Translations under genes and position numbers: made by a program
Notes under the pieces: generated by a model
Database searches by the model: none
Seen by the model: only the letters and a program-made list of their open reading frames with translations
Told to the model about the DNA's origin: nothing
Shown here: positions 37,613 through 47,763 of the stretch, in pieces
How positions within the stretch are numbered: the first letter of the stretch is position 1
Layout: every line of letters starts with the position of its first letter
Assembly (NCBI GenBank): GCA_025362655.1
Contig: JANYFM010000002.1
Span: forward strand, 1-56,858
Length of the DNA: 56,858 bases
Direction: 5' to 3'
DNA from: Hyphomicrobiales bacterium
GTDB lineage: Bacteria > Pseudomonadota > Alphaproteobacteria > Rhizobiales > Beijerinckiaceae

Positions 37613-39553
37613 ATGGCAAGTCACGAAATCAATTCCGGAGCCGCTTGGGAACAGCGATTGCCCGCTTGGCTTCGGCGGTTTGCGGGCTACGACGTCAGCG
37701 ACGATCTGCTGCGCGATCTCGTGGGCAGCATTTTCGCGTCAGCCAGAACCATCATTCTCGGCAATACGATCGGCGCGGCGATTGTTTTCGCCACTTGGGC
37801 CATAGAAGGCGACAGGTTTTTCGGTGTCTGCGCCTTCACATGCCTGTGTTTTGGCGTGCTGCGCATCCGCACGCTGCTGGCTTACCGGAAAATCAGTCAT
37901 CTAAACGACGGACGCCGGGAAACCATTGCGTGGGACCTGCGGTTTTTCATGGAAGCCTGCGCGTTCAGCGCCACGGTGGGCATCAACACCCTGCTGATTA
38001 TGCTGACCTCGGACAGCGAGACAGCGCGCATCCTGGCTTTTGGAACCGCTATCGGGTTCGCTTCGTCATTTGTCGCGCGCAATGCGGCGCGGCCGCTGCT
38101 GGTGTTATGCCAGGTCTCCTGCGCGATTTTGCCGGCGGCTGTCGGCTTCCTGATCGACAACCGCGCCGATTCAGGCTGGATCGCGCTGTTCATCGCCGGC
38201 TATATTTGCATCAACGCCTTTATCGCCGGCAATCAGTTCAGGCACCTCTGCAACACGTTTCAGGCGAGCCGGCGCATCGAATTCCTCGCGCATTACGATC
38301 CGCTGACGGGCCTCGCGAACCGGCTGACGATGACGCAGGAGATCGCCGCCGCCATCGGCCGCGGGGCGGAATTCGCGGTTTGCTATGTGGATCTCGACCG
38401 CTTCAAGGAGGTCAACGACACGCTGGGACATGCCCGGGGCGATGAAATGCTGAAAACAGCGGCCGCCCGCCTCAAGGGCGCGCTGGGGCCCGGGGATTTC
38501 GTGGCGCGGTTCGGCGGCGATGAATTCGTCGTGCTGCTGGACAATTGCAACGCGGTGCGGGCGGAGGCGACGTCGCTGAAACTGTGCCTCGCGCTGTCGC
38601 AGGCCTATCTCATCGACGGCAACAAGCTGGAGAATTCCGCCAGCCTCGGCATATCCCTTTACCCGCAGGATTCGCGCACGGCGGACAATCTGCTGAAGAA
38701 TGCCGATCTCGCGCTCTATAAGGCCAAGGCGGCCGGGCGCGGCACACTGCGCTTCTACACGCGCGAAATGGAAACGGCGCTCAGCGACCGGCTCGAGATG
38801 GAGCGTGACATGCGCGCTGCCATCGCCGGCGAACATTTCGCGCTGGTCTATCAGCCCATTGTCGATCTGCGCACAGGCGAGACCGCGTCCTGCGAGGCGC
38901 TGATCCGCTGGCCGCACCCGGCGCGCGGAACGATCCCGCCCGGCGCTTTCATCCCGCTTGCCGAGCAAACCGGCATGATCTGCGAAATCGGCGAGTGGGC
39001 GCTGATGCGCGCCTGCCTCGACGCGGCGTCATGGAAGTCACAGGCGAAAGTCGCGGTCAATCTCTCGGTGGTGCAGTTCCGCGATCCCGAGCGGCTCGTC
39101 GCCGCCGTTGACCGGGCGCTGGAGGCCTCGAAGCTCGACCCCGCCCGGCTAGAACTGGAAATCACCGAATCGCTGCTGCTGGAAAACGGCGAGCGGACGA
39201 TGGAGGCGCTGGCCTGGCTGAAGGCGCTCGGCGCGCATATTTCGCTGGACGATTTCGGCGTCGGTTATTCAAGCCTTAGCTATCTCTCGCAATTCCCCTT
39301 CTCCAAGGTCAAGATCGACATGGTGTTCACCCGCTCTGTCACCAGCGACAAAGCGTCGAGATCGATCATCTCGGCGGTTTGCGGCATCGCGCGCGACCTC
39401 AGCATGAAAGTGGTTGTCGAGGGCATCGAAACCCCGGCGCAGCAGAACGCCATCATCGCCCTCGGCGCACAGTACGGCCAAGGCTTTTTGCTGGGCCGCC
39501 CGCAAATGCAGGCGGATATCCTCAAACTGTTCGAGGCGCGGCTGGCGGCGTGA
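37613..39553 (+). CDS. Membrane-anchored diguanylate cyclase/phosphodiesterase (GGDEF-EAL)
   Basis: Hydrophobic N-terminus, DPLTGLANR, GGDEF, EAL, DDFGVGYSS. Confidence 0.94.
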   Translation: MASHEINSGAAWEQRLPAWLRRFAGYDVSDDLLRDLVGSIFASARTIILGNTIGAAIVFATWAIEGDRFFGVCAFTCLCFGVLRIRTLLAYRKISHLNDGRRETIAWDLRFFMEACAFSATVGINTLLIMLTSDSETARILAFGTAIGFASSFVARNAARPLLVLCQVSCAILPAAVGFLIDNRADSGWIALFIAGYICINAFIAGNQFRHLCNTFQASRRIEFLAHYDPLTGLANRLTMTQEIAAAIGRGAEFAVCYVDLDRFKEVNDTLGHARGDEMLKTAAARLKGALGPGDFVARFGGDEFVVLLDNCNAVRAEATSLKLCLALSQAYLIDGNKLENSASLGISLYPQDSRTADNLLKNADLALYKAKAAGRGTLRFYTREMETALSDRLEMERDMRAAIAGEHFALVYQPIVDLRTGETASCEALIRWPHPARGTIPPGAFIPLAEQTGMICEIGEWALMRACLDAASWKSQAKVAVNLSVVQFRDPERLVAAVDRALEASKLDPARLELEITESLLLENGERTMEALAWLKALGAHISLDDFGVGYSSLSYLSQFPFSKVKIDMVFTRSVTSDKASRSIISAVCGIARDLSMKVVVEGIETPAQQNAIIALGAQYGQGFLLGRPQMQADILKLFEARLAA

Positions 39554-39675
39554 ACAGCGCGGTCCGTTCACAGGAAAAGCGTGGAGACAGGCCCCGCGCG
39601 GGCCGCCGGGATTGACCGGACGGCGCCGCGCTGGTTCACATGCGCCGAAGATTCTCCAGAACGCATGGGATCGGC

Positions 39676-40272
39676 ATGAAGACCAGCGCACCAAAGCCCC
39701 CGGGCGCGGCCGGCCGGGCGCGGCTCGCCGATATTATTTTCGCGTCGTCTTTCGGGCGGGGCGAGATCACGCTGGCCTCGGGCCGCAAAAGCGATTTCTA
39801 TTTTGACCTGAAGCCCACGATTTTCAACGCGGAGGGCGGCGCGCTGATCGCGCAGCTTTTGCTGCCGGAAGTCGTGCGGGCGCGAGGCGAATTCGCCGGC
39901 GGGCTTGAGCTGGGGGCGGTTCCGCTGGCCGCCCTGGTCAGCCAAGCCAGCATAGCGGCGGGCTCGCCCGTCAATGGGTTTTTCGTGCGCAAACAGGCCA
40001 AGGGGCACGGCGCGCGCAAACTCGTGGAAGGCCTGCCTCGCGGCGCCAGCCTCGCGGGCAAACGCGTCGTCATTCTGGAAGATGTGACGACAACCGGGGA
40101 TTCGGCGTTCAAAGCGGTGGAAGCCTGTGCCGGGGAGGGCGCCGATGTGGTGCTCGTCCTATCCATCGTCGACCGGCAGGAAGGCGCGGCAGAGAGTTTT
40201 GCGGCGCGCAAGCTGCCGTTCCAGGCTTTGTTCACTGCGCAGGAATTCCTCGCGAGGAAGCAGAGCGCTTAG
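39676..40272 (+). CDS. pyrE: Orotate phosphoribosyltransferase
   Basis: [39 protein letters not shown]. Confidence 0.94.
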   Translation: MKTSAPKPPGAAGRARLADIIFASSFGRGEITLASGRKSDFYFDLKPTIFNAEGGALIAQLLLPEVVRARGEFAGGLELGAVPLAALVSQASIAAGSPVNGFFVRKQAKGHGARKLVEGLPRGASLAGKRVVILEDVTTTGDSAFKAVEACAGEGADVVLVLSIVDRQEGAAESFAARKLPFQALFTAQEFLARKQSA

Positions 40273-41123
40273 TCCCGCGCGACAAAACACACGGCACGGC
40301 TGCTGCGCAGCTTTGAGCAGAGAAGGCCCGCCTCCTCCTTCGAGAGTTCGGCGACGCGTATCCGGTAAACCGGCCTGTCCTTAACGCTGGCGGGCCAGAT
40401 CGTGAGATCGCGGCGGCCGAGATCCCCCGACAGCCGGGTGCGCAAGCGGTCCGCCAGCTTTTGCGCCTCTTCCTCGTTCGGCGATGAAGCGAGCTGAATG
40501 AAATAAGCGGCGGCGGAGGGCTGCGCGCGCGCCGAAACCGCGGGCGCGGAGGCCGCCGCGGGAACGATTGGCGGCGTCTGTGTTTTGACAATTGTGGTGT
40601 CAGCGGGAACGGCGGCAGCGCGCTCCGCGGCTTCCGGCTTGCCGGGTGTCGTAACGCCAGAGGCCGCGGTCATCGCAGCCAGCGTGTTGCGCAAATCGGC
40701 GGCCCGGGTGGTCAGCGCGGCGCCGTCAGCCGCGTCGATCAGCGTGCCGTCGGGACGCAGCGCGATGGTCTTCACCATTTTGGGCGCCAGCGGGCCGCCG
40801 GGATTCGCGCCGGCGCGGGCTGCCGTTTGGCGGCTCGGTTTTGGCAAATCAGCGGGCGCCTCCGCGCCGTCAGCGGCGATGAGAGCGGATTGAAAGGCGT
40901 CCTCCGCCGTGTCATCCGCGCCGCCGCGGTATTTGAACGGCGCCGTGGAGGCCGAGACATACGGCGTCGAATCCGCCGGGACTTTTTGATAGCGGGCGTA
41001 TTGGGAAGCGGCAACGGACGCCGCGATAAAGGCGAAAGCCGCGGCCGCCGTTTGGAAACGCAGGCGGGCGGCGCGCGCCCCTGGCAACAACGATGGCTGC
41101 CGGAAGGCTATGATCTCGGTCAT
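40269..41123 (-). CDS. SPOR-domain protein
   Basis: N-terminal hydrophobic anchor, Ala/Pro linker, C-terminal [16 protein letters not shown]. Confidence 0.82.
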   Translation of the reverse strand: MTEIIAFRQPSLLPGARAARLRFQTAAAAFAFIAASVAASQYARYQKVPADSTPYVSASTAPFKYRGGADDTAEDAFQSALIAADGAEAPADLPKPSRQTAARAGANPGGPLAPKMVKTIALRPDGTLIDAADGAALTTRAADLRNTLAAMTAASGVTTPGKPEAAERAAAVPADTTIVKTQTPPIVPAAASAPAVSARAQPSAAAYFIQLASSPNEEEAQKLADRLRTRLSGDLGRRDLTIWPASVKDRPVYRIRVAELSKEEAGLLCSKLRSSRAVCFVARD

Positions 41124-41251
41124 GGAAAGGCTCCCGCAAGGGATTGGATTGGCAAAATAAAAAGGGTTTTCCGCTTCACAACACCGGCGGATGGCGGAAT
41201 AAAATAATTCCGGTATCCGGTTTCTAAACAGGTGGAGGTTGCGCGACCATG

Positions 41252-41267
41252 GTAAACAGTCCGTTAA
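41252..41267 (-). promoter_or_regulatory. CtrA-like box upstream of the SPOR gene
   Basis: Minus strand TTAA-cggactg-TTTAC, one mismatch. Confidence 0.55.
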
Positions 41268-41296
41268 GGGCGGGGCATCCGCGTCGCGGTCCCGTC

Positions 41297-41683
41297 TCAC
41301 GCCTCATCATATTTGACATAGGCAAAGCGCTCGTCGGTTTCGGGCACGCCCTCCAGCGCCCCGCCGGCGCGGCCCGGGCGCCACATCACGACCTCCTCGA
41401 TTTTGGCGGCGAGTTCGAAATCCCGATCCGTTATGCCGCCGGCGTCGTGGGTTTGCAGGCGCACCTCGACGGAGGGCCAGGACGCGTGAATATCGGGATG
41501 ATGCCAAGCCGCCTCGGCCAGGTGGCCAATGGCGTTGACGACCATCAGCGTGCCCTTCCAGCCGTGGGTTTTGTAAACCCGTTTAAGAAACCCGCTGTCA
41601 TGGCGCCAAAACGGCAAATCCGCCGCAAGCCTGCCGGCAATTTCATCGGCGCTAAGGACCCGCAATTTCGCTGGATGGGCCAT
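41297..41683 (-). CDS. Pterin-4a-carbinolamine dehydratase
   Basis: AEAAWHHPDI, THDAGGITDRDFELA. Confidence 0.92.
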   Translation of the reverse strand: MAHPAKLRVLSADEIAGRLAADLPFWRHDSGFLKRVYKTHGWKGTLMVVNAIGHLAEAAWHHPDIHASWPSVEVRLQTHDAGGITDRDFELAAKIEEVVMWRPGRAGGALEGVPETDERFAYVKYDEA

Positions 41684-41838
41684 GGGACCTCCGGCCAAGC
41701 CGGCTGGTGAAAGAGCCCCTGGCGCATCCGCCGCGGCTCAATGGAGCATAGCGGTACCGCATCTCCCGTCAAACCAAAACGCGCCGCGCTCGACAGGAGC
41801 CGGCGCGCGGGATATTTATCACTTCACAGGAGAACCGC

Positions 41839-42795
41839 ATGCTGATTATTTTGAACCGCCGCGGATTTGCGCTGCTGGCCATGCTTGCGGCCAGCGCGCC
41901 CGCGCTGGCGCAGGACAAGCTGAAAGTCGCAACGGGGCAGCGCGGCAATTGGGACACGTCGGTCGGCGAAATCGGCCAGCGCGCCGGTATTTTTAAGAAG
42001 CACGGGCTGGAGCTGGAGATTCTCTACACCCAGGGCGGCGGCGAGACCCAGCAAGCCGTGATTTCCGGCGCGACCGACATCGGCATCGGAGCCGGCACGA
42101 TGGGCGCCATCGGCGTTTACTCGAAGGGCGCGCCGGTGCGCATCATCGGAGCGGAGACGACCGGCGCCTCCGACCTTTTCTGGTATGTGCGCGCGGATTC
42201 GCCGATCAAGTCATTGCAGGACACCGCCGGCAAGACCATCGCTTTTTCAACGCGCGGCTCCTCCACCGACAGCATCGTCGCCGCCTTGATCCGCGAATAT
42301 AAACTCACCGCAAAGCCGACGGGCACGGGCAGCCCCCCCTCGACGCTGACGCAGGTCATGTCGGGACAGGTCGATATCGGCTGGGCCGCGCCGCCGTTCG
42401 GCTTGGAGCAACTCGACCGCAAGGAAATCCGCATCATCGCCAGCGGCAATGACGCCGCTGTCTTCAAAGGCCAGACCGTGCGCACTGTGATCGCCAACGC
42501 GCAGGTGCTGAAGGACCGCATGCCGGTGATTGAGCGTTACATGAAAGCCTATCGCGAGACGGTCGACTTTATGTATGCGGACGACAAAGCGCTGGAGGTC
42601 TACGCGGCCTGGCTCGGCATTCCCCTGCCTCTGGCGCGCCGGACGCGGGACGATTTCTTTCCCAAAGCGGCGATTGATCCCGATATGATCGTTGGCCTCG
42701 ATCTTGTGATGCCCGACGCTGTCGCGATGAAATTCATCACCGCGCCGCTGACCAAGGCGCAGCTGGATGAATTGATTCAGATTCCGCCGCGCTGA
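41839..42795 (+). CDS. ABC substrate-binding protein, NMT1/SsuA-like
   Basis: Signal peptide, GQRGNWD, GIFKKHGLEL, GGGET. Confidence 0.87.
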   Translation: MLIILNRRGFALLAMLAASAPALAQDKLKVATGQRGNWDTSVGEIGQRAGIFKKHGLELEILYTQGGGETQQAVISGATDIGIGAGTMGAIGVYSKGAPVRIIGAETTGASDLFWYVRADSPIKSLQDTAGKTIAFSTRGSSTDSIVAALIREYKLTAKPTGTGSPPSTLTQVMSGQVDIGWAAPPFGLEQLDRKEIRIIASGNDAAVFKGQTVRTVIANAQVLKDRMPVIERYMKAYRETVDFMYADDKALEVYAAWLGIPLPLARRTRDDFFPKAAIDPDMIVGLDLVMPDAVAMKFITAPLTKAQLDELIQIPPR

Positions 42796-42801
42796 AGGGC
42801 A

Positions 42802-43326
42802 TTACCCCTCCATCATGCCATGAACCGGCCCCATGTAATCGCGCTTGGTGAGAGGCGCGCCGCTGTGGCGCAGCAGATCGTAGCATGCGGCGCAATGAAA
42901 CATGAGGTGCGGCAGACCGAAATGGATGACGAAATCGGGGCCCTTGAATTTGCGGACGGCGGGCCCGACGGGAAACGCTATAATTCTGTCGGCGGCGGCG
43001 TCGATGGCGGCGGGGTCCTGCGCTTTCACAAATTCAATGGCTTTGGCCACGCGCGCGCGCAACGCCTCGAAAGTCATCTCGTCATCGGCGAATTTCGGCG
43101 GCTCGGCGCCGGAGAGCTTGCCGGTAATGGCCATGCCCCACATGGAGGCCACGCGAACCTGTTTGGCGAGGTCATACATATCCGGCGCGAAACGCGCTGT
43201 GAGCAGCGCTTGCGGATCGAATTTCTTTTCGGCGGCGAACGCGCCCGCTTTTTCGAGGACGCCGGATAAGCCGGCAAGCATCTGCGCGATGACGGGCGCC
43301 GAAATTTGATAAAGCGAAATCGTCAT
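42802..43326 (-). CDS. DUF1993 family protein
   Basis: ARFAPDM..LAKQV, LPHLMFH..YDLLRH.G..KRDY. Confidence 0.85.
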   Translation of the reverse strand: MTISLYQISAPVIAQMLAGLSGVLEKAGAFAAEKKFDPQALLTARFAPDMYDLAKQVRVASMWGMAITGKLSGAEPPKFADDEMTFEALRARVAKAIEFVKAQDPAAIDAAADRIIAFPVGPAVRKFKGPDFVIHFGLPHLMFHCAACYDLLRHSGAPLTKRDYMGPVHGMMEG

Positions 43327-43343
43327 TGGGGTTTCTCCGCCGG

Positions 43344-43400
43344 GCTTGGCTCAGCCAGATGCTTGGCTCAGCCATAGGCCAGGCTCAGCCATAGGCCAGG
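43344..43400. repeat. 17-bp tandem repeat x3 with palindromic core GGCTCAGCC
   Basis: GCTTGGCTCAGCCAGAT-GCTTGGCTCAGCCATAG-GCCAGGCTCAGCCATAG-GCCAGG. Confidence 0.9.
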
Positions 43401-43489
43401 CCGCCGCGGGCTTCAAGGCGCCGGCCTTGCGCTTCCCGGCCCGGCCTGAATAGATGCGCGGGATTTTGGACCCAACGGGGATGCGATCC

Positions 43490-44197
43490 ATGGCGCACAG
43501 CGATCTCAAGGAAAAACTCATTGATGCCGGCAAGGTGCTTGTCGCCGAGGGCCAGGACGATTTCACCCGCGGCCATATTTCCATGCGGGTGCCCGGCGAT
43601 CCCGGGCATTTTTACATGAAGGCGCATTCCATCGGCATGGACGAGATCACGATGGAGAATATACTGACGATCAACCTTGAGGGCGATGTCTCCGCCGGAA
43701 CAGCGAGGCGGCACAGCGAGGTTTATATCCACTCGGAGATATTGAAGGCGCGGCCCGATTTGAACTGCGTCATTCACACGCATCCGGTTTACGCCTGCGC
43801 CTTTGCCGCCACCGGCAGGCCTCTGCGGGCGCTGAGCCAGCCGAGCGCGCTGTTCTATAAGGCGCTCGGTTTTTACACGGACACAATCAATCTCATCCGC
43901 ACCCATGAGATGGGGCGCGGGGTGGCCAAGGCGCTCGGCCCGCACAAGGCGGTGATCTTGAAAAATCACGGCGTTATTGTCTGCGGCGAAACGATTGAGG
44001 AGGCGGTCGTCGCGCTGATCATGCTGGAGAATGCGGCGCAGGTGCAATTGATCGCGGAGGCCGCCGGCGAATGCGCGCCGGAATTTCCCGAAGCCGACGT
44101 GCGCAAACTGCAGCACGATATTTCCCGCGTCGATCAGTTCGCGGTGAATTTTGATTATCTTGTGCGCCGGGTCCGGAGGCGGGAAGCCAGGAACTAA
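43490..44197 (+). CDS. Class II aldolase/adducin family protein
   Basis: GHISMR, SEVYIH, HTH, LKNHG. Confidence 0.92.
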   Translation: MAHSDLKEKLIDAGKVLVAEGQDDFTRGHISMRVPGDPGHFYMKAHSIGMDEITMENILTINLEGDVSAGTARRHSEVYIHSEILKARPDLNCVIHTHPVYACAFAATGRPLRALSQPSALFYKALGFYTDTINLIRTHEMGRGVAKALGPHKAVILKNHGVIVCGETIEEAVVALIMLENAAQVQLIAEAAGECAPEFPEADVRKLQHDISRVDQFAVNFDYLVRRVRRREARN

Positions 44198-44206
44198 AGC
44201 GGCGCT

Positions 44207-45373
44207 CTAGGCCGCGAGATCGGCGACGACCGCATCCAGCACGGGAAAGCCTTCCGATGTGACGCGCAGAAAGCCGTCGGCGGCGATTTCGATCATGCCG
44301 TCGTCGCGCAGCGAGGCGATGCGGCCCGCGTCGAGGGATTTTCCGGTGAGCTTTTCGTAGCGCAGGGGATCGATGCCCTCGGCGAGGCGCAAGCCCATCA
44401 GCAGGAATTCATCGCCCTGCTCCTCGTTCGAGAGGAGGTCGTTCTCAACAAGGCCGTGGCCATCGGCTTCGACCACGGTCAGCCACATTTCCGGATGTTT
44501 CTCGGTTGAATGGGCGACGCGGCCGCGCGGCGTCAGGAGGCGCCCATGGGCGCCGGGGCCGACGCCGGCGTATTCGCCATAGCGCCAATAGATGAGATTA
44601 TGACGGCTCTCGCCGCCGGGGCGGGCATGGTTGGAAACCTCATAGGCGGGCATGCCCGCGCGCTCCATCAGTTCCTGCGTCGCATCCCACAGCTGACGGC
44701 CCGTTTCCGTGTCCGGCAGCGTCAGGCGGCCCGCATCGCGCAGGCGCTCAAACATGGTGTCAGGCTCGATCGTCAGCTGATACAGCGAGAGATGCTCGGG
44801 CGCGCGGCGCAAGGCCTCCGTCAGTTCGGCGCGCCATGCCTGAACAGACTGGCCCGGACGCGCGTAAATGAGATCGAAAGAGGCGCGGTCGAAAACCGAT
44901 GCCGCGACCTCCACCGCGCGCATCGCCTCTTCAGCCGTGTGCAGCCGCCCCAAGGCTTTGAGATCGGGATCGTTCATCGCCTGGACCCCGAGCGAGACAC
45001 GGTTGACTCCGGCGGCGCGGTAGCCTCGAAAGCGCTCCGCCTCGACGCTGGTGGGATTGGCTTCCAGGGTGATTTCCGCCCCGGGAGCCATGCTCCAATG
45101 GGAAGCAATGCTCTCAAGGATCGCCGCGACGGTTGCCGGGGCCATGAGCGATGGAGTGCCGCCGCCGAAAAATACCGATGAGACGGTACGCCCGGGAGCG
45201 AGGGCCGCCCGGTGGGCAAGCTCAGCCCGGAATGCAGCGACATAGCGCTTCTCGTCCACGGGTTTGGCCCGGACGTGGCTGTTGAAATCGCAATAGGGGC
45301 ACTTCGACAGGCAGAAGGGCCAGTGGACGTAGACCGCGAATCCGGGGTCGAAGGGCTTGAGTCGGCTCGCCAT
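44207..45373 (-). CDS. hemW: Radical SAM heme chaperone HemW
   Basis: YVHWPFCLSKCPYCDFN, GGGTPS, EANP, YEVSN..HN..YW. Confidence 0.93.
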   Translation of the reverse strand: MASRLKPFDPGFAVYVHWPFCLSKCPYCDFNSHVRAKPVDEKRYVAAFRAELAHRAALAPGRTVSSVFFGGGTPSLMAPATVAAILESIASHWSMAPGAEITLEANPTSVEAERFRGYRAAGVNRVSLGVQAMNDPDLKALGRLHTAEEAMRAVEVAASVFDRASFDLIYARPGQSVQAWRAELTEALRRAPEHLSLYQLTIEPDTMFERLRDAGRLTLPDTETGRQLWDATQELMERAGMPAYEVSNHARPGGESRHNLIYWRYGEYAGVGPGAHGRLLTPRGRVAHSTEKHPEMWLTVVEADGHGLVENDLLSNEEQGDEFLLMGLRLAEGIDPLRYEKLTGKSLDAGRIASLRDDGMIEIAADGFLRVTSEGFPVLDAVVADLAA

Positions 45374-45420
45374 GGCGGTTTATCGCACAGCCGGGGCGGC
45401 GGGTCACGCCGTCTCGCCTG

Positions 45421-46956
45421 TCAGACCCGGCGCAGGGGATTGGTGAAGGCCAAAACAACGCCCGCCGCCGTGAAAACGCCGATAAACAGAAAGGCCGCGC
45501 GAAACGCCGCCGAGATATCCGCTTCGACGGCGGCGCGCCGCGCCGGCTCCAGCGCCTCAAGCGCCGCAGGGCCGAGATCGACGACACGGCCGAATATCCC
45601 CAGCGTCTCGGGATCGGCAAAGGCAAGCGAAGCAAACAAAGCGCTGTTCAACAGGGCGACGCCGAAGGCCGCGCCGACGGTGCGGGAGAATTGCACCGAG
45701 CCGGCGGCGGCGCCGAGGGCCTTGCGTCCAGCCGCCGATTGGACCGTCACCTGAACGATGCTCATGACCGTGCCCATGAAAAACGCGCCGATGGACAGGG
45801 TGACAAGGATTTGCATTACGCTCATGCGTTCGCCGCCCGCGGCAAATGTCAGCATCGCCGCTGTCGCGAGAATCAGCCCCCACGATGGAAACACCATGGT
45901 CATGCCGGTGCGCGTCACAAGACGGCCGGTGAGGATCGAGCCGACGCCGATGGCGATGGTGACCGGCAGCAGAATCATGCCCACCTGCGAAGGCGTGGTG
46001 CCGTGGGTGACGCGCAGATAAAGCGGCAGAAACGCGATCAGCGAGGTCAGCGACGCTCCCGTGCAAAAGGCCATGCCATTGGCGCGCCAGATGGCCGGCT
46101 GGCGGAAGAGGGTGAGCGGCAGGAGCGGCGCCGAAGCGCGGCTTTCCTGACGCAGCAAAAACACAAGCGCGATGACCGATACGGCCAGCAACGCCAGAGC
46201 GCTGAACGGAAACCCATTCTCAAAATGCCGGGCCCGCTCCAGAGCGATCAGCATGGGGACAATGAAAGCAATGAAATAGGCAAGGCCGGGAGCATCAAAG
46301 GACCAGCCTTCCTGGCGCACGCCGGGCTTTGCGGGAAGGCGCAGCACCAGCAGAAACGCCAGCAGACCGAGCGGGCCGTTGACGAAGAATATCGCCCGCC
46401 AGCCAAAATGCTCCGTCATAAAGCCGCCAAGCACAGGCCCCAGCGCCGCCGAGGCGGTCGCCACTGTCGCCAAATAGCCTTGGTAATGCCCGCGCTGGCG
46501 TGGCGGCACGACTTCGCCGATCAGCGCCTGCGACAAGGCCATCAGCCCGCCGCCGCCAAAACCCTGGAGCATGCGCGCGCCCGCCAGCCACAGCGCCGAA
46601 GGCGACAGGGCGCAAATCAGCGACCCCGCCATAAACACCGCCAAGGCGACGAACATCAGCCGGCGCCGGCCAAATCGGTCGGCGAGATAGCCATAGAGCG
46701 GCGCGGCAATGGTGGCGGCGACGAGATAAGCGACGACGGCCCAGGAGACGCGCTCGACATCGCCCAGCGAGGCCGCAATGGCCGGCAGCGCGCTGGAAAC
46801 AATGGTCTGGTCGCCGACCGCCATGAACATCGGCAGCATGACCGAAGGAAACACGGCGCGGAACAGGGCGGGGGTCATCGCCGGATCGAAGGATCCGCTG
46901 GGCAAAGTCACAGGCAAGTCCCGATTGGCCGGCGGATGGCCGGGTTCCATGGTCAT
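45421..46956 (-). CDS. MFS transporter, DHA2 (14-TM drug/H+ antiporter) type; start uncertain
   Basis: DQTIV..ALP, GYLADRFGRR, LGPVLGG..WRAIFFVN. Confidence 0.9.
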   Translation of the reverse strand: MTMEPGHPPANRDLPVTLPSGSFDPAMTPALFRAVFPSVMLPMFMAVGDQTIVSSALPAIAASLGDVERVSWAVVAYLVAATIAAPLYGYLADRFGRRRLMFVALAVFMAGSLICALSPSALWLAGARMLQGFGGGGLMALSQALIGEVVPPRQRGHYQGYLATVATASAALGPVLGGFMTEHFGWRAIFFVNGPLGLLAFLLVLRLPAKPGVRQEGWSFDAPGLAYFIAFIVPMLIALERARHFENGFPFSALALLAVSVIALVFLLRQESRASAPLLPLTLFRQPAIWRANGMAFCTGASLTSLIAFLPLYLRVTHGTTPSQVGMILLPVTIAIGVGSILTGRLVTRTGMTMVFPSWGLILATAAMLTFAAGGERMSVMQILVTLSIGAFFMGTVMSIVQVTVQSAAGRKALGAAAGSVQFSRTVGAAFGVALLNSALFASLAFADPETLGIFGRVVDLGPAALEALEPARRAAVEADISAAFRAAFLFIGVFTAAGVVLAFTNPLRRV

Positions 46957-47014
46957 AAAGCGCCGACGGCTTTCAGCCAATCAGAAAGGCGGCGGCTTTG
47001 CGGGTTGCCGCAAA

Positions 47015-47038
47015 CGGTGTATCTAACTGTATATAGCG
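47015..47038. promoter_or_regulatory. ModE-type operator (Mo box) upstream of modB
   Basis: Minus strand CGCTATATA-N6-GATACACCG resembles CGNTATATA-N6-TATATANCG. Confidence 0.7.
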
Positions 47039-47070
47039 CTATTCCGCTCCTTGCGCTGGTCCGCGAGCCA

Positions 47071-47763
47071 ATGTCCTTCACGCCAGACGAAACCACGGCC
47101 ATTTGGCTCAGCCTGCGGATCGCGGTGGTCGCGACGCTGATCTCGCTGCCGCCGGCGGTTTTGGCGGCTCATGCGCTGGCGCGGCGGGAGTTTTGGGGCA
47201 AATCCCTGTTCAACGCGCTGATCCATTTGCCGCTCGTGCTGCCGCCGGTGGTGACCGGCTATCTGCTGTTGCTGGGGTTTGGCCGGCGCGGACCGTTCGG
47301 CGAGTTTTTTGACGCCTGCTGCGGCATTGTTTTTTCGTTCCGCTGGACGGGCGCGGCGCTGGCCGCGGGGATCATGGCGTTCCCGCTGGTGGTGCGCGCG
47401 ATCCGGCTCTCCATTGAGGCCGTCGACCCGAAACTCGAAGCCGCGGCATCGACGCTCGGCGCCTCGCCTGTGACGGTGTTTGCGACGGTGACGCTGCCGC
47501 TGGCGCTCCCCGGCGTTCTCGCCGGCGCCATCCTTGGCTTTGCCAAAGCGCTCGGCGAGTTCGGCGCGACGATCACCTTCGTCTCCAATATTCCCGGGGA
47601 GACGCGGACCATCGCCACGGCGATCTACACGAACACGCAGACGCCCTCCGGCGACGCGGCGGCGATGCGGCTGACGATTGTTGCCGTTGTCATAGCCACG
47701 GGCGCTTTGCTGCTGTCGGAGCTCTGCGCCCGCAGCGTCTCGCGCAAGGCGATGGATCTGTGA
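47071..47763 (+). CDS. modB: Molybdate ABC permease
   Basis: LPLVLPPVVTGY, AFPLVVR, ALGEFGATI. Confidence 0.95.
   Translation: MSFTPDETTAIWLSLRIAVVATLISLPPAVLAAHALARREFWGKSLFNALIHLPLVLPPVVTGYLLLLGFGRRGPFGEFFDACCGIVFSFRWTGAALAAGIMAFPLVVRAIRLSIEAVDPKLEAAASTLGASPVTVFATVTLPLALPGVLAGAILGFAKALGEFGATITFVSNIPGETRTIATAIYTNTQTPSGDAAAMRLTIVAVVIATGALLLSELCARSVSRKAMDL

Noticed and set aside
45691-47763. 690-aa ModB fusion in the ORF track
   Set aside because: The first ~460 aa are the antisense shadow of the MFS gene; real modB starts at 47071 after the ModE box
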